A stretch of DNA of 64,000 nucleotides, from positions 28,854,503-28,918,502 of the forward strand of contig CM120640.1 of the NCBI GenBank assembly GCA_051362555.1. The letters run 5' to 3'. Source of the DNA: Lingula anatina (lineage: Eukaryota; Animalia; Brachiopoda). The notes beneath the pieces are model-generated. The model was not told the DNA's origin and did no database searches. It was given only the letters and a program-made list of their open reading frames with translations. Of this stretch, positions 13,195-25,215 are shown one piece after another; position 1 is the first letter of the stretch; the number at the start of each line of letters is the position of its first letter. The position numbers and the translations under genes were made by a program.

Positions 13195-16100
13195 ATGAAG
13201 AGCAAATCGACACAGAAGCTTGCTGAGCTTCAAAGAAACCCTGCAAATATCAGGAATATTTGCATTCTAGCACATGTAGATCATGGTGAGTTATTATGGC
13301 ATTTTTTCATTGTATTTTTAAGTTATATTTAAATTAATGGAATTTGATAAACGTCTTAAACTCAACCAGTACTCTTAAACATTACATATTTGATTCAATA
13401 TTCTTGTATATATTGGGGAGGTATAACAAAATGCAAGATGAGGAAATAATCATCTATCCTTTTTAAAAACATTTTAAAATTGTTACTTTATCTTGTGAAG
13501 GCAAAACAACATTAGCAGATGTTTTGGTGGCCAGTAATGGCATCATATCACACAGGATGGCAGGAAAGGTGAGCTCTCACTTTACTTAGTCATATTTAGA
13601 TTTTTATGTACAGACACAGATGTGTCTGTACATATTGCCATCACCTGCGTCTGTCGTCGCCGATGCCGATGCCGATGCCGATGGCAATGCCGTCGCCGTG
13701 CACTTTCACTGTAAACACGATAAGTGGAACACAGTTTTATTTTTTGGTTTTATATTTACAGAGCTGATGAATATTCATAAAACGCAGGTCAAGTTCGAAA
13801 ATCAGCATGATCGAGCCATTATTGTAGAAGTTATGCTGTTTTATCACTTTTCAGCATATATGCAACCCTGTAAACACATTTTAAGGAAAACCGTTAGGCC
13901 TGTTGTCATGAAACTCACAAGAGTAATCAATCTTACTAAAACACAGGTCAAGTTCGAAAATTGGCATAATCGGGCCATTATTTTAGAAGTTATGCTGTTT
14001 TTTCACATTTCCTCAGATTCAATTCTTAGGCATGTTAACAGTCTTATTATTTAACTAATAAGATACATTAAAGTGTTTGTTTGACATTTCCTGCATCTTT
14101 ACAACATTGTTAGTTGATTATGTAAAAATGATGGTAAACTTTTTATCGTGTATTGTGTAATAAAGTGTCAAAAATGGAAATAAACTCATATCATTGCAGT
14201 TTGTCAGATTCAATCATTCACTATGTTCAGAATCTCAGAATGGAGGAAATTGGACATTTAACACTATTCTATTGATATTTTTCCCATCTCATCAATTATC
14301 TTAGTTGATCATATAAAAATTGCAGTAAACTGTTTATTTTGTTTTATGTTAAAAAAAGTGTTAAAAATGGAAATAACCCATGTCAGAACAGTGCTATCTT
14401 GTTTCACATTTCCTCAGATTCAATTCTTAGGCATGTTAACAGTCTCATTATTTAACTAATAAGACATTTAAAAGTGTTCGGTTGACATTTCCTGCATCTT
14501 TACAACATTATTAGTTGATTATGTAAAACTGATGGTAAACTTGTTATCGTGTATTGTGTAATAAAGTTTCAAAAACGGAAACAAACTCATATCATTGCAG
14601 TTTGTCAGATTCAATCATTCACTATGTTCAGAATCTCAGAATGGAGGAAATTGGACATTTAACACTGTTGTATTGATATTTTTCCCATCTCATCAATTTT
14701 TTAAGTTGATTGTATAAAAATGGCAGTAACCTGTTAATTTTGTTTTATGTTTAAAAAATTGTTAAAAATGAAAAAAAAAAAAATTTCAGAACAGTGCTGT
14801 CTTGTTTACATTTTGGCATTTTCAAGTCGTGACTTTGAAGTTCCATGGGCCTGAAGACCTTTGCTAGTCACATTTTCTGAATATCCATAATGCTAATATT
14901 TTATTATTAATAAATGATGGTCATTATGCTGTTAAACATTATGTAATATTGCATCAAAATTTGAAAAAAATCTATTTTGGGCACTGCTCCCATGATGAGC
15001 ATTTAAGAAAAACCATGTCACTTACTGTTCTCAAACAGATGTGTCTGTACATATTGCCATCACCTGCGTCTGTCGTCGTCGTCGTCGCCGTCACTGTCAC
15101 TGGTGCCGTGCACTTTCATTGTAAACACGACAAGTGGAAGTCAATTTTACTTTTTGGCTGTATATTTACAGAGCTGATGAATATTCATAAAATGCAGGAC
15201 AAGTTCGAAAATCAGCACGATCGAGCCATTATTGTAGAAGTTATGCTGTTTTTTCACTTTTCAGCATATATGCAACACTATAAACACATTTCAAGGAAAA
15301 CTGATAGGCCTGTTGTCATGAAACTCACAGGAGTAATCGATCTTACTAAAACGCAGATCAAATTCGAAAATCGGCATGATCAGGCCACTATTTTAGTAGT
15401 TATGCTGTTTTTTCATTTTTCAGCATATATGCAACACTGTAAACACAATATAAGAAAAACAGATGGGACAATGGTCATGAAAGGCACAGGAGGGGTCAAT
15501 TTTACTAAAATGCAGGTTGAGTTCGTAAATCAGCATAATCGTGCCATTATTTTAGAAGGTGTGCTGTTTTTTCAAATTTCCTCAGATTCAATTCTTAGGC
15601 ATGTTAACAGTCTCATTATTAAACTAATAAGATACGTAAAAGTGTTTGTTTGACATTTCCTGCATCTTTACAACATTGTTAGTTGATTATGTAAAAATGA
15701 TGGTAAACTTTTTATCGTGTATTGTGTAATAAAGTGTCAACAATTGAAATAAACTCATATCATTGCAGTTTGTCAGATTCAATCATCCAGTATGTTCAGA
15801 ATCTCAGAATGGAGGAAATTGGACATTTAACACTGTTCTATTGATATTTTTCCAATCTCATCAATTTTCTTAGTTGATCATTTAAAAATGGCAGTAAACT
15901 GTTATTTTGTTTTATGTTTTAAAAGTGTTAAAAATGGAAATAAACCCATTTCAGAACAGTGCTGTCTTGTTAAAATTTAATGTTGAATTTGCAGTTTAAC
16001 ATTATGTACTTTTGCATCAGAATTGGCAGTAGCCTATTTTGTGCATAGTTATTTCCTGCTTTTTGTCTGTACATTTGACAGCTTTGCTGCCTTGTTTTAG

Positions 16101-19100
16101 TTTATAAAATGCAGCTGCATGGTAAAAGAATCAAGCTGATATATAAATACTTTCACAACAATGTATATTTTGTACATAAAGTGTGTTTTGCGAATGTGTG
16201 TAAATGCTCAATAGGTTTCTTTGCTCTATAGGTTTCCTGTGCACAAATTGTGACAATATATGGTTTATATCTACTATAGACCATGGTGTTTGTCAGAAGC
16301 ACAATCGAATGAAAGTATTAAGTTGTCTATGTTTGAAAAAAGTACAGATTCTGATAATTTCACTTGTGATAAAATAATTCATATGTGTTGAATAATTTAT
16401 ATGTTTATATGATGCCATGTCGATTTTAGTTACGATACATGGATAGTCGAGAAGATGAGCAAGTTAGAGGAATTACTATGAAGTCCAGTGCAATCAGTTT
16501 ACATTTTGCTCAAGGTAAGTTGAATATGGAGATGTGGATACTAGAGTTTCGATATAGTATTTTAAGAAGAGTGAATGTTTGGAGAAGCAGGTGGGCCTAA
16601 GTTAATGTCTGAATATCAATGCCAAGATACAGAAGATGATTAGCTTATCAGATGATAAGGGAATGACTCTCCTTAGATCACTTTACATCCACGAACAATT
16701 CACCTGAAATATCTATATGCCACCATTGCAAACTGACATAAGTTAGAGGAGGGTTTTTAGTCAATTTTGTTTTTAAGGTGAGCAGGAGTACCTGATAAAC
16801 TTAATAGACTCTCCAGGACATATAGATTTCTCCAGTGAAGTGTCCACAGCTGTGAGGTTATGTGATGGTGCTATCGTGATAGTGGATGTTGTCGAAGGTG
16901 TTTGCCCTCAGGTAAAGCCAAGTTTGAATTAACTATGGACGGTAACAGTCTACCTGTCAACACCAAGTGACCATATTACTTAGATGTCTCAGGCTAAATA
17001 GTACTCTTTGTTTACTTTGGTGTTTGGGGCCGGTAGTTAGAAAGTTTCAACTGTAAGAAAGACAAGTCTGGAACACTAATGTACATGTGATAATTACTTG
17101 CAAGTTGGTAATATTCTAGTGAATAGAAACCCTTTTTCTTGCTTTGTAAGAAATTTCTTTAGCTTTAAGATGATTATTTATCAAAATATTTTAAAAACAA
17201 TATCATGGAAGAGCTTGCAAGTTTGTTTGGTATTAGTTAAAGGAATTTGTAAAACATGACAATTAAATTCATTTTTTTTAAATTCCAGACACATGCAGTT
17301 CTGAGGCAGGCATGGCTGGAAAATCTCAAACCAATCCTTGTCTTAAACAAGATAGATCGCTTGGTTTCTGAGTGGAAATTTACTCCATTGGAGACCTATC
17401 TTCACTTGCAGCAGATATTAGAGCAGGTACTAGGTTAAGGATGAGTGGTAAAGGTTTATATTAGCATACTTAACATGATAGTCTTAAATATACATACTTT
17501 CCAGTTAATAATGTACTAATATGTTTGGTTTATTTCAAAATGATGCAAGTTTTAACTGTTTACTCTTCACTGATGTGCTCAGTAGAGTAATAATATTTAT
17601 GTTTTCTGATTTCAGGTGAATGCTATTACTGGAGAACTGTTCACAAGTGGAGTTTTTGAGAAAGAGTCCAGTGTAAGTCCATTTTTTGACAGATAAACCC
17701 AAAGGAATGAATGTCAGATTCACTTTTGTTGAATAATTAATAGACTTTGACTTCATTATGGCAAGCCATGTTACTTAAATGAAATGCAGTGTTGTTCTTC
17801 TAGACAGTATTCAAGTTTATTTCTTTCAATAAATTTCAGCAAGCAGAAGAAAACCAACAAAAGGAAGTTAAAACAAGTGGGGATCAGGTAAGGTTTGGTT
17901 TATAATGGAAATGAAAAAAATTAATAGATTAAGACATTTTTTAAATATGCCATTGTTCTTTGAATTAAGAGATTTTCAATGCAGTTAGTATTTATTTTAT
18001 GTTGAAAATTGAAATTCTAGTAGTCTATGTTATTCCTTTATTTCCTTAACTAGGTATATGAATGGAGCTCAGCTTTAGATGATACTGATGATGCAGATCT
18101 GTACTTCTCTCCAGACCAGGGAAATGTGGTGTTTGCAAGTGCATTAGATGGATGGGCTTTTAGGTAATACCTGCTTTTCCAACCCAGAATATTAATAATA
18201 ATGACACAAGAGGATAAAATTTGAGTTAATGATTTTGTTACCTTTATTGTCAGATATGAACTTTTTTCCATGTTCTACATTTGAATATTTATGAAGCGTT
18301 TTTTTTTTTGTCACGATACTCAGTGTATTATGTTTACTGTGTTTTGTTCTTATAGCATTGGTCACTTTGCTGAGCTGTATTCAGTTAAGCTTGGAATTAA
18401 TGCTGGTGTTTTGAAGAAGACACTGTGGGGGGATTTTTATCTGGATACAAAACAAAAGAGGATTCGTAAAGGTGCACAGGTGAGTGTGTGTCCATTATAT
18501 GTCTAATTGGAGTAAAATGGTGTGGTTATGTGTTGTGGACACTTGTACATCTTTGGTTACAATGGATCTAAAATATGTTTATATCTGTCATTCTCCAGGT
18601 GATCAGATTATTTTTAAGTTGGATGGGTGAAGAATAGTAGTACATAAAATATATATTCATTTGTGTAGAAAATACATTTATTTTTTCAGGCTAAAGGTAA
18701 AAAGCCTTTATTTGTCCAGTTTGTATTGGAAAACCTTTGGTCAGTGTATGAGGCAGTCACCGTAAGAAAGTAAGTATGCTTTTTGTAAAATAGTTAAGCT
18801 ATGAACAAACAGTGCATTAAGTGTAGAAAAGTCAGAGCTTTGCAATTTTTATGGCTGACTCAAAAGTAATGATAGATGAAATTGTATGGTTAATTAAAAC
18901 TTTTGTCTCATTTTTCCTCATATAATGTTATTTTTATTTTTCTTTCTTCCAGAGACAAGGAAATGATTGAGAAAATAGTTAAGTCACTGAACTTACAGAT
19001 TCCCCCTAGGGATTCCAGACACACTGATGCTAGGGTACATCTCCAGGCCATTGTCAGTCAGTGGTTGCCACTTTCAAAGGCTGTTTTAGGTGAATATGTT

Positions 19101-22100
19101 ATAATGGCAGTTGATTTGTAATACACAGGGGGGACTCTATGCGAGGTGCTCTCTGTTAGTTAAGAATTGCTTTTTGAAGCCCTGCAGAAATGTCAGGGTA
19201 TTCTATCTGTGATCACAGCACTCTGGGGTTGTGTGGATGGTCATCTTTTTATTGTTATACCCATATTGTGATTATTTTTTACAAAATATAGATCACAGCA
19301 TGTATTAGAAGGATAAAATACGAATTTCAATCTTTTCAGATGTTGTCTGCAGTCATCTTCCTTCCCCGAAAGATTTTCTGCCAGAGAGGGTGGAGAAACT
19401 GATGTGTGGGGGTGCCAGAAGGTTTGATTCTCTACCTCTACAGACACAGCAACTTAAAGAAGGTATTTTTATGCAGTTTTCACTGTAGTTGAAAAGTATT
19501 TTTAGCTAAAGTAAAATGAAATTGGGAAAGCAGTTGGGCAAAGGGGCTTATATTTATGGAATGGATACTGTCAGTTGAACATATAAGATCATGTTAAAAG
19601 CTTTGCAGCACCTGTTCATCTAAAGGCTAATATTTATGATATCAGACAATTATTTATCCCATGTGCACTTTCTTTTATCATATAGATTTCTTGTCATGCA
19701 GTCCTGGGGAAGATAAACCAGTGATTGTTTTCATTTCAAAAATGTTTCCCTTTGACAGACAGTGTCTACCTCAAAATAAACAAAGGTAAGTAGAATAAAG
19801 GAAACTTGCTGTACCTTATTTGTAATGTCTGCGTTATTGGCGACCTCACTAAAATCCTCAATAGCATTTCTTTTGTTGTTGTTTTTGTTATAGGAATTCA
19901 AAATACTGTGTATTCTCTGTTTTATTTTTGTTTGTCTGGTGTATTTCTTCAGACCTCTCACTGAAGCTGATCTTGCACAGAGACGGCTGGTAGCAAGACA
20001 GAGGCACGCAGAGAGACTAGCAGCACAGTCAGATGGAACTCAAGAAGCAGCTGTCAGTTCTGGTGAGAATAAGCTGCTGTTATTTTGGATGTATCATTTT
20101 TAAGGTTGCTAAGATTGTTTTAGTGTAAGACGCCTGGTTCAAAATCACAAATTCAAACTGGCTTGATTTGGAATGAGCTCATCCTGACCATAAACTATAA
20201 TATAATACAATTTACACCAGATAGCTTTTTCCATTAATGTTCAGAAATAGGGAACAATACTGTGTTTATAGTAGCCTTAGCAAAATATCCTGTTCATTTA
20301 GAATGATAGCCACATAGTAATTCTTATGCTAGAATTAGGAAAAGGTATCCTTGAGAGTTTACCCATTACTGAATTTCTGAATCAACTGATACCTGTATTG
20401 AGTAATCAGAATTTGTATGGTGTTTTAAATATTATTTTAGAAGTGGCAGTTCAACAAGAGAAGCAGGAAAGTGAACCATTTGAAAAAGAGGCAGGTGAAA
20501 ATGAAATTGAGGAGGAGAAATCTGACCAAGTGTTCCTGGCATTTGCCAGAGTGTATAGTGGTACAGTTAAAAAGGGGCAGAAACTATATGTCCTAGGACC
20601 CAAACATGACCCCAGCAGAGTACTGGAAGAGGTAAGGAATTCCACTGTAATGTGTATTTTCAAATTAATTTAGACTCATACTGTTCAAGGGCTTTATTGA
20701 GAAATGATTTTTAAAAGAGCAGATCTATTAAAAAAAATTATTATAATCATGAATAGGTAATTTTGCTACATGTTATAGGGCTTTAAGAAGCCCAAAATTT
20801 AGTGAATAATAAAAATTAAAACAATAATTTATCAATAAAAGTTCAAGACCCAGTGTATGCCATTATTTAAAGATTGGAGAGGGCACTTCAATAGATGATA
20901 GCCTGACGGTCAGTGAGTTGACCAGTGGTCATCACATCACCTCAGTTACTGTAAATGACCTGTACATGTTTATGGGGAGAGAGCTGGAAGATTTAGATGA
21001 AGTGCCAGCAGGCAATGTTCTAGGTAAGGAGGCAGAAAAATTGCTTTTATGTAGCTTAGTGGAAGTTTATTTAGTATCAAATATGTTGCAACTGATTGTA
21101 TTTTTATTCCAAAATACTGTATATGCTCTTTCCTTTCTGTTTTGGTTGCATATTTTCAGCATTGCAAAACTGTGAATTAGGTTATTCTATCCACGATAAT
21201 TCAATATTAATATAAAGCTAAAAGAACATATGCAATAATTTCAGGCATTGGAGGTTTGGAGGAGCACGTTTTGAAGTCTGGCACTCTGTCTAGCACTGTG
21301 GCCTGCCCTGCCTTTACAGCTATGTATTTTGAAGCTGCACCCATTGTTAAAGTTGCTTTAGAGCCAGTGCACCCAGGTATTTATATCTTATAAAAGTAAT
21401 AATCCTATTATTCTCATTCCACATGCAGCTGTGTAAATATTTTTGAATTCATAGAAGTAATAGCATAGCATCTGTATTAGTTTTACAACATTTCAGCTAG
21501 AGAACAAATGTATGAGAGGGAGACTTTGGTTTGAACAATGAAAAATTGAAAACTGCTTCGATGACACACTGACTGGTTGGTTGATGACCTATGCTTTGAT
21601 AGACCCAGCCAGCAGTGATTGAACATGATGCTAGGAAAGCTTTTCCATGCCAGACTTGGCAAGTGGCAAAACAACTGTGTTGCATCCTGCTTCTCATTAT
21701 AATATCATTATTGATAGGATATTGATATGATAAAGACAATCTATCTATTCAACATATCTTTTTTTAGCTGATATGCCAAAATTGGTGCATGGCATGAAGT
21801 TGCTGAACCAGGCAGACCCTTGTGTTGAGATCTTGATTCAGGAGACTGGAGAACATGTCATCATGGCAGCTGGGGAGGTCCATCTCCAGAGATGTGTGGA
21901 TGACATCAGAGAAAGGTGAGACTGTCCAAATTAATACTGTTTAGTTTGAGTAGATTGAGTAGATCTGTAATTTCATCATAAAAGGAAAAGATGCTGTTGG
22001 TTTGAAAATTGATTACGTTAAATATAGATTTTGTACTATTTCTGACTAGTCTAGAGAAAAAAATAAGTTAAATCTATAAATAATAAAAAATTGACCTTTT

Positions 22101-24089
22101 CATTGTATTTAAATAATTATTTTCATTTCTCCATATGTTCAATTTTCACCAGGTATTCCAAAATTGAGCTGAATGTGTCTGCTCCCATAGTCCCATTCAG
22201 AGAAACCATAGTACCCCCTCCAACAGTGGACCGTGTGAACGAGGCAATAACTAATGAGAAGCAATCCATGGCAATACAGGAGAATTCTGATGAGGAAGAC
22301 ATAGAGCTAATTGAACCAGGACTGGTGGAAACATTGACACCAAACAGAATGTGCACAATCAGACTACGGGCCATTCCTCTGCCTGATGGGGCAGCAAAAA
22401 TTATAGACGATCATGCTGAGTTAATCAAAACTTTAGAAAAATACTCCATGGCAAGGCTGGTAGAAAAAGAAGACACCCAGGCTGCAGAAAGACTGAAACT
22501 TGAAACAAAAGATGCTATTAGAGAACTCAAAGCAAAATTGTCAGCAGTTTTCCAGGAAGCTGGTAAAAAGTGGAATGGTGTAGTAAACAGAATAGTTTCA
22601 TTTGGACCAAAGAGAATGGGTCCCAATGTACTGGTAAACAATATCCCTGAATATGACAGACCCTCCATATGGAGTTGTTTAGAGAGCATAGAAGATCAGG
22701 TGGCTAAAGTAGGGAAAATTAGAGAATATGACAGTAACATTGTCAGTGGTTTTCAGCTGGCTACTCTTCAGGGACCAATGTGTGAGGAACCAATGATGGG
22801 AGTGTGTTTTTCTGTAGAGAAGTGGGAGATGCATAGTGAGCCACAGCCACTACCGAGTACACTTACAGAAGAAGACGAAGAAAGTATTGAACTTCAACCA
22901 AATCAGCCTAAGAATAATTCAACAGCTAAGCCTAAGCCAGATGCAAGTTTGGAATCAGGCACTGAGAAAAGTGTGCAGTTCAAGAGAGATGTGTATGGTC
23001 CAGTCTCTGGTCAGATTATGTCCACTGTGAAAGATGGCTTAAGGAAGGCTTTCCAAAGTCAGCCACAGAGGTTGATGGTGGCCATGTATACCTGTGTGAT
23101 CAGAGCCACAGCGGAAGTCTTAGGTAAGAGGAAACCTGCCGTGCAATGGAATAATGGCTTTAAAAATAATAAGGTAGAGAATTGGTGGAAGTGCAGAATG
23201 AAAAATTTTATCAACTGGTTGTTATTTCATGCTACAGGATTATGCATTTGTTAGAATTATTTTTGCAAATGACTGTGAAGTGGAAAGAACTGCATTATGG
23301 AGGAAAAATGGATACAATTAGCATGTCTTACTATTTAACTAATTCACAAAAGCAACATTTACTTTTGATTTAAATTGGGTATTTTTTTCATATTAGGTAA
23401 GGTGTATGCAGTTCTAGGCAGACGTCACGGACGTGTAACATTTGAGGACATGATGGAAGGATCACAGATATTTAGTATAACAGCCGTGCTGCCTGTGGTG
23501 GAAAGTTTTGGTTTTGCAGAGGAGATCAGGAAAAGGACCAGTGGTTTGGCCAGTCCTCAGCTGCAGTTCAGCCACTGGGAGGTATGTATCATAGCTGGTA
23601 ACGTGCCAAGAACAAACAAATCTTTGTTATTTTTAGGGGGATCACACCCAGCAGAAGAGTTATTCTGCTGTAGCCGTACCATTTATATGAGAAAGTATGA
23701 CCAAAATATCTATGTAATTATTTTTTACTTAATTTAATATCATAAAAGTAGCAGCATTTTATCTATTTTAGATATGTTGCTCCATTTGTTCTTGCTTTGT
23801 CCACTTATTAAAATTCTTGTAAAAAATCCTTGTCTATAAACATATTTTATGCACTTTTTTGGCCAAGAGGTCTGTTATTCAGATATATCTTGTTCTCCAG
23901 GTTGTAGATCTAGATCCATACTGGGTGCCTACCACAGAGGAAGAATACATGCACTTTGGAGAAAAGGCAGATTCTGAGAACAGAGCAAGAATTTACATGG
24001 ACAACGTTCGGAGGAGAAAAGGTCTGAAAGTTGACGAGCGAATTGTGGAGTTTGCAGAGAAGCAGAGGACATTAAGCAAGAAAAAATAA
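13195..24089 (+). CDS. EFL1: Elongation factor-like GTPase 1 (EFL1/EFTUD1/Ria1), 60S maturation factor
   Basis: 21 coding exons: 13195-13285, 13501-13568, 16430-16514, 16778-16911, 17289-17426, 17616-17672, 17840-17887, 18054-18163, 18356-18479, 18690-18769, 18953-19089, 19340-19462, 19686-19785, 19953-20062, 20441-20631, 20873-21023, 21245-21376, 21768-21915, 22153-23123, 23397-23581, 23901-24089. Motifs: [74 protein letters not shown]-terminal [11 protein letters not shown]. Confidence 0.96.
13601..16098 (+). mobile_element. Non-autonomous Helentron/DINE-1 ('pearl'-like) composite element with internal tandem repeats, in EFL1 intron 2
   Basis: 5' TTTTT, then the hairpin ATGTACAGACAC-AGAT-GTGTCTGTACAT (13606-13633), a GTC/GCCGAT microsatellite and 159-bp units (anchors AAGTTCGAAA at 13791, 13950, 15201, 15360, 15519). 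A ~400-bp module occurs at ~14002, ~14403 and ~15572. The 3' end has the subterminal repeat GTCTGTACAT (16065-16074), the stem-loop GACAGC-TTT-GCTGCC (16077-16091) and TTGTTT. Confidence 0.75.
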
Positions 24090-25215
24090 GCTGAAACACC
24101 CAACACACATGCGTGTCCTATGTACCTCATCATGACTCCACCATTGGACAGTGAAATTGAGATTGTGCATGATAGCTGACATTTTAAAAACAGGCATTGT
24201 TAACAAGTCCAGTGGTTTTTTAACAGTATACACTTTATTGGTTTACATAGACATTAAAGACACTAACAGTCAATTACAATTTTAATCAGGTTGTTGGACC
24301 TTTAGAATAATTGTACAAATAGATCTTGAATGTGAGATTCTGCTATTGTTTATAGTTACTTTACAACATTTGTCTACTATTTTACATAGCAATGTTATAA
24401 GATATATATTATTTATGTAGAAAATTGTTCAATATGTGAACATGAAAGGGTTACGCTTTCATGTTTTGTACAATCTGTCTTGTCAAGATGTGACATAACA
24501 TGATAATTATAGAGCTTAAATTCTACATTTTGCAGCAACTGATAGAGAAACCATAATTTCACATCCATTTTTGCTCTATACAATTAAATTGATTGTAACA
24601 ACAAAATATACAAATATATAAATTGGGAAACTACTTTTTTGAATTTTGATCTTTGTACCAGTGATGCATATAAACAACAGAACCACAAATGATATCTTGT
24701 TACTGTTGCTTCTTTATACTTGTAATAAAAACATTCATACAGCACCCATTTTAGACTACATCAACTATGCTAACAAAAATGTGTATAAAATAAAAAAAAT
24801 CCTAAAAATTACACTTTAAATTGTCATATCCCTACAAATTCTGTACTTACACAAATAAGTCACTAAAGTGATAGCTGCATGATTCTTTAAAACAAATGTC
24901 TATTTTTAACTAAGTAAAAACAAGTTATTGAAACAGTACTATACGTACCATTTTATGTTACAATTACAATACATTAAAGTGGTTTTGATCATCAAAATTA
25001 ATGACAGTGTGATACCCGTTAAAGCAATTATTTTGGGACTGGTAACAAAAACACTCATTTCAATGCAGTTTATGGCCTGTTTTATCCAAAGAACATACTG
25101 CTCTGATGTGACTACAGGTGTGTAGCTCTAGGCATATGTTTTATGACTTCAAAAACTGTTGCTTCAAGTCACATGTGATCAGCTGTATAGCTCCTGGCTG
25201 CCCCATGATTCAGTA

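Noticed and set aside
13780-15570. Regularly spaced repeats resembling a CRISPR array
   Set aside because: Whole 159-bp units are repeated with no unique spacers, there are no cas genes, and the context is a eukaryotic intron.
13620-15653. Two similar ORFs (144 aa and 234 aa) with internal 53-aa repeats
   Set aside because: They are translations of the 159-bp satellite units of the Helentron-like element inside an EFL1 intron; no evidence they are genes.
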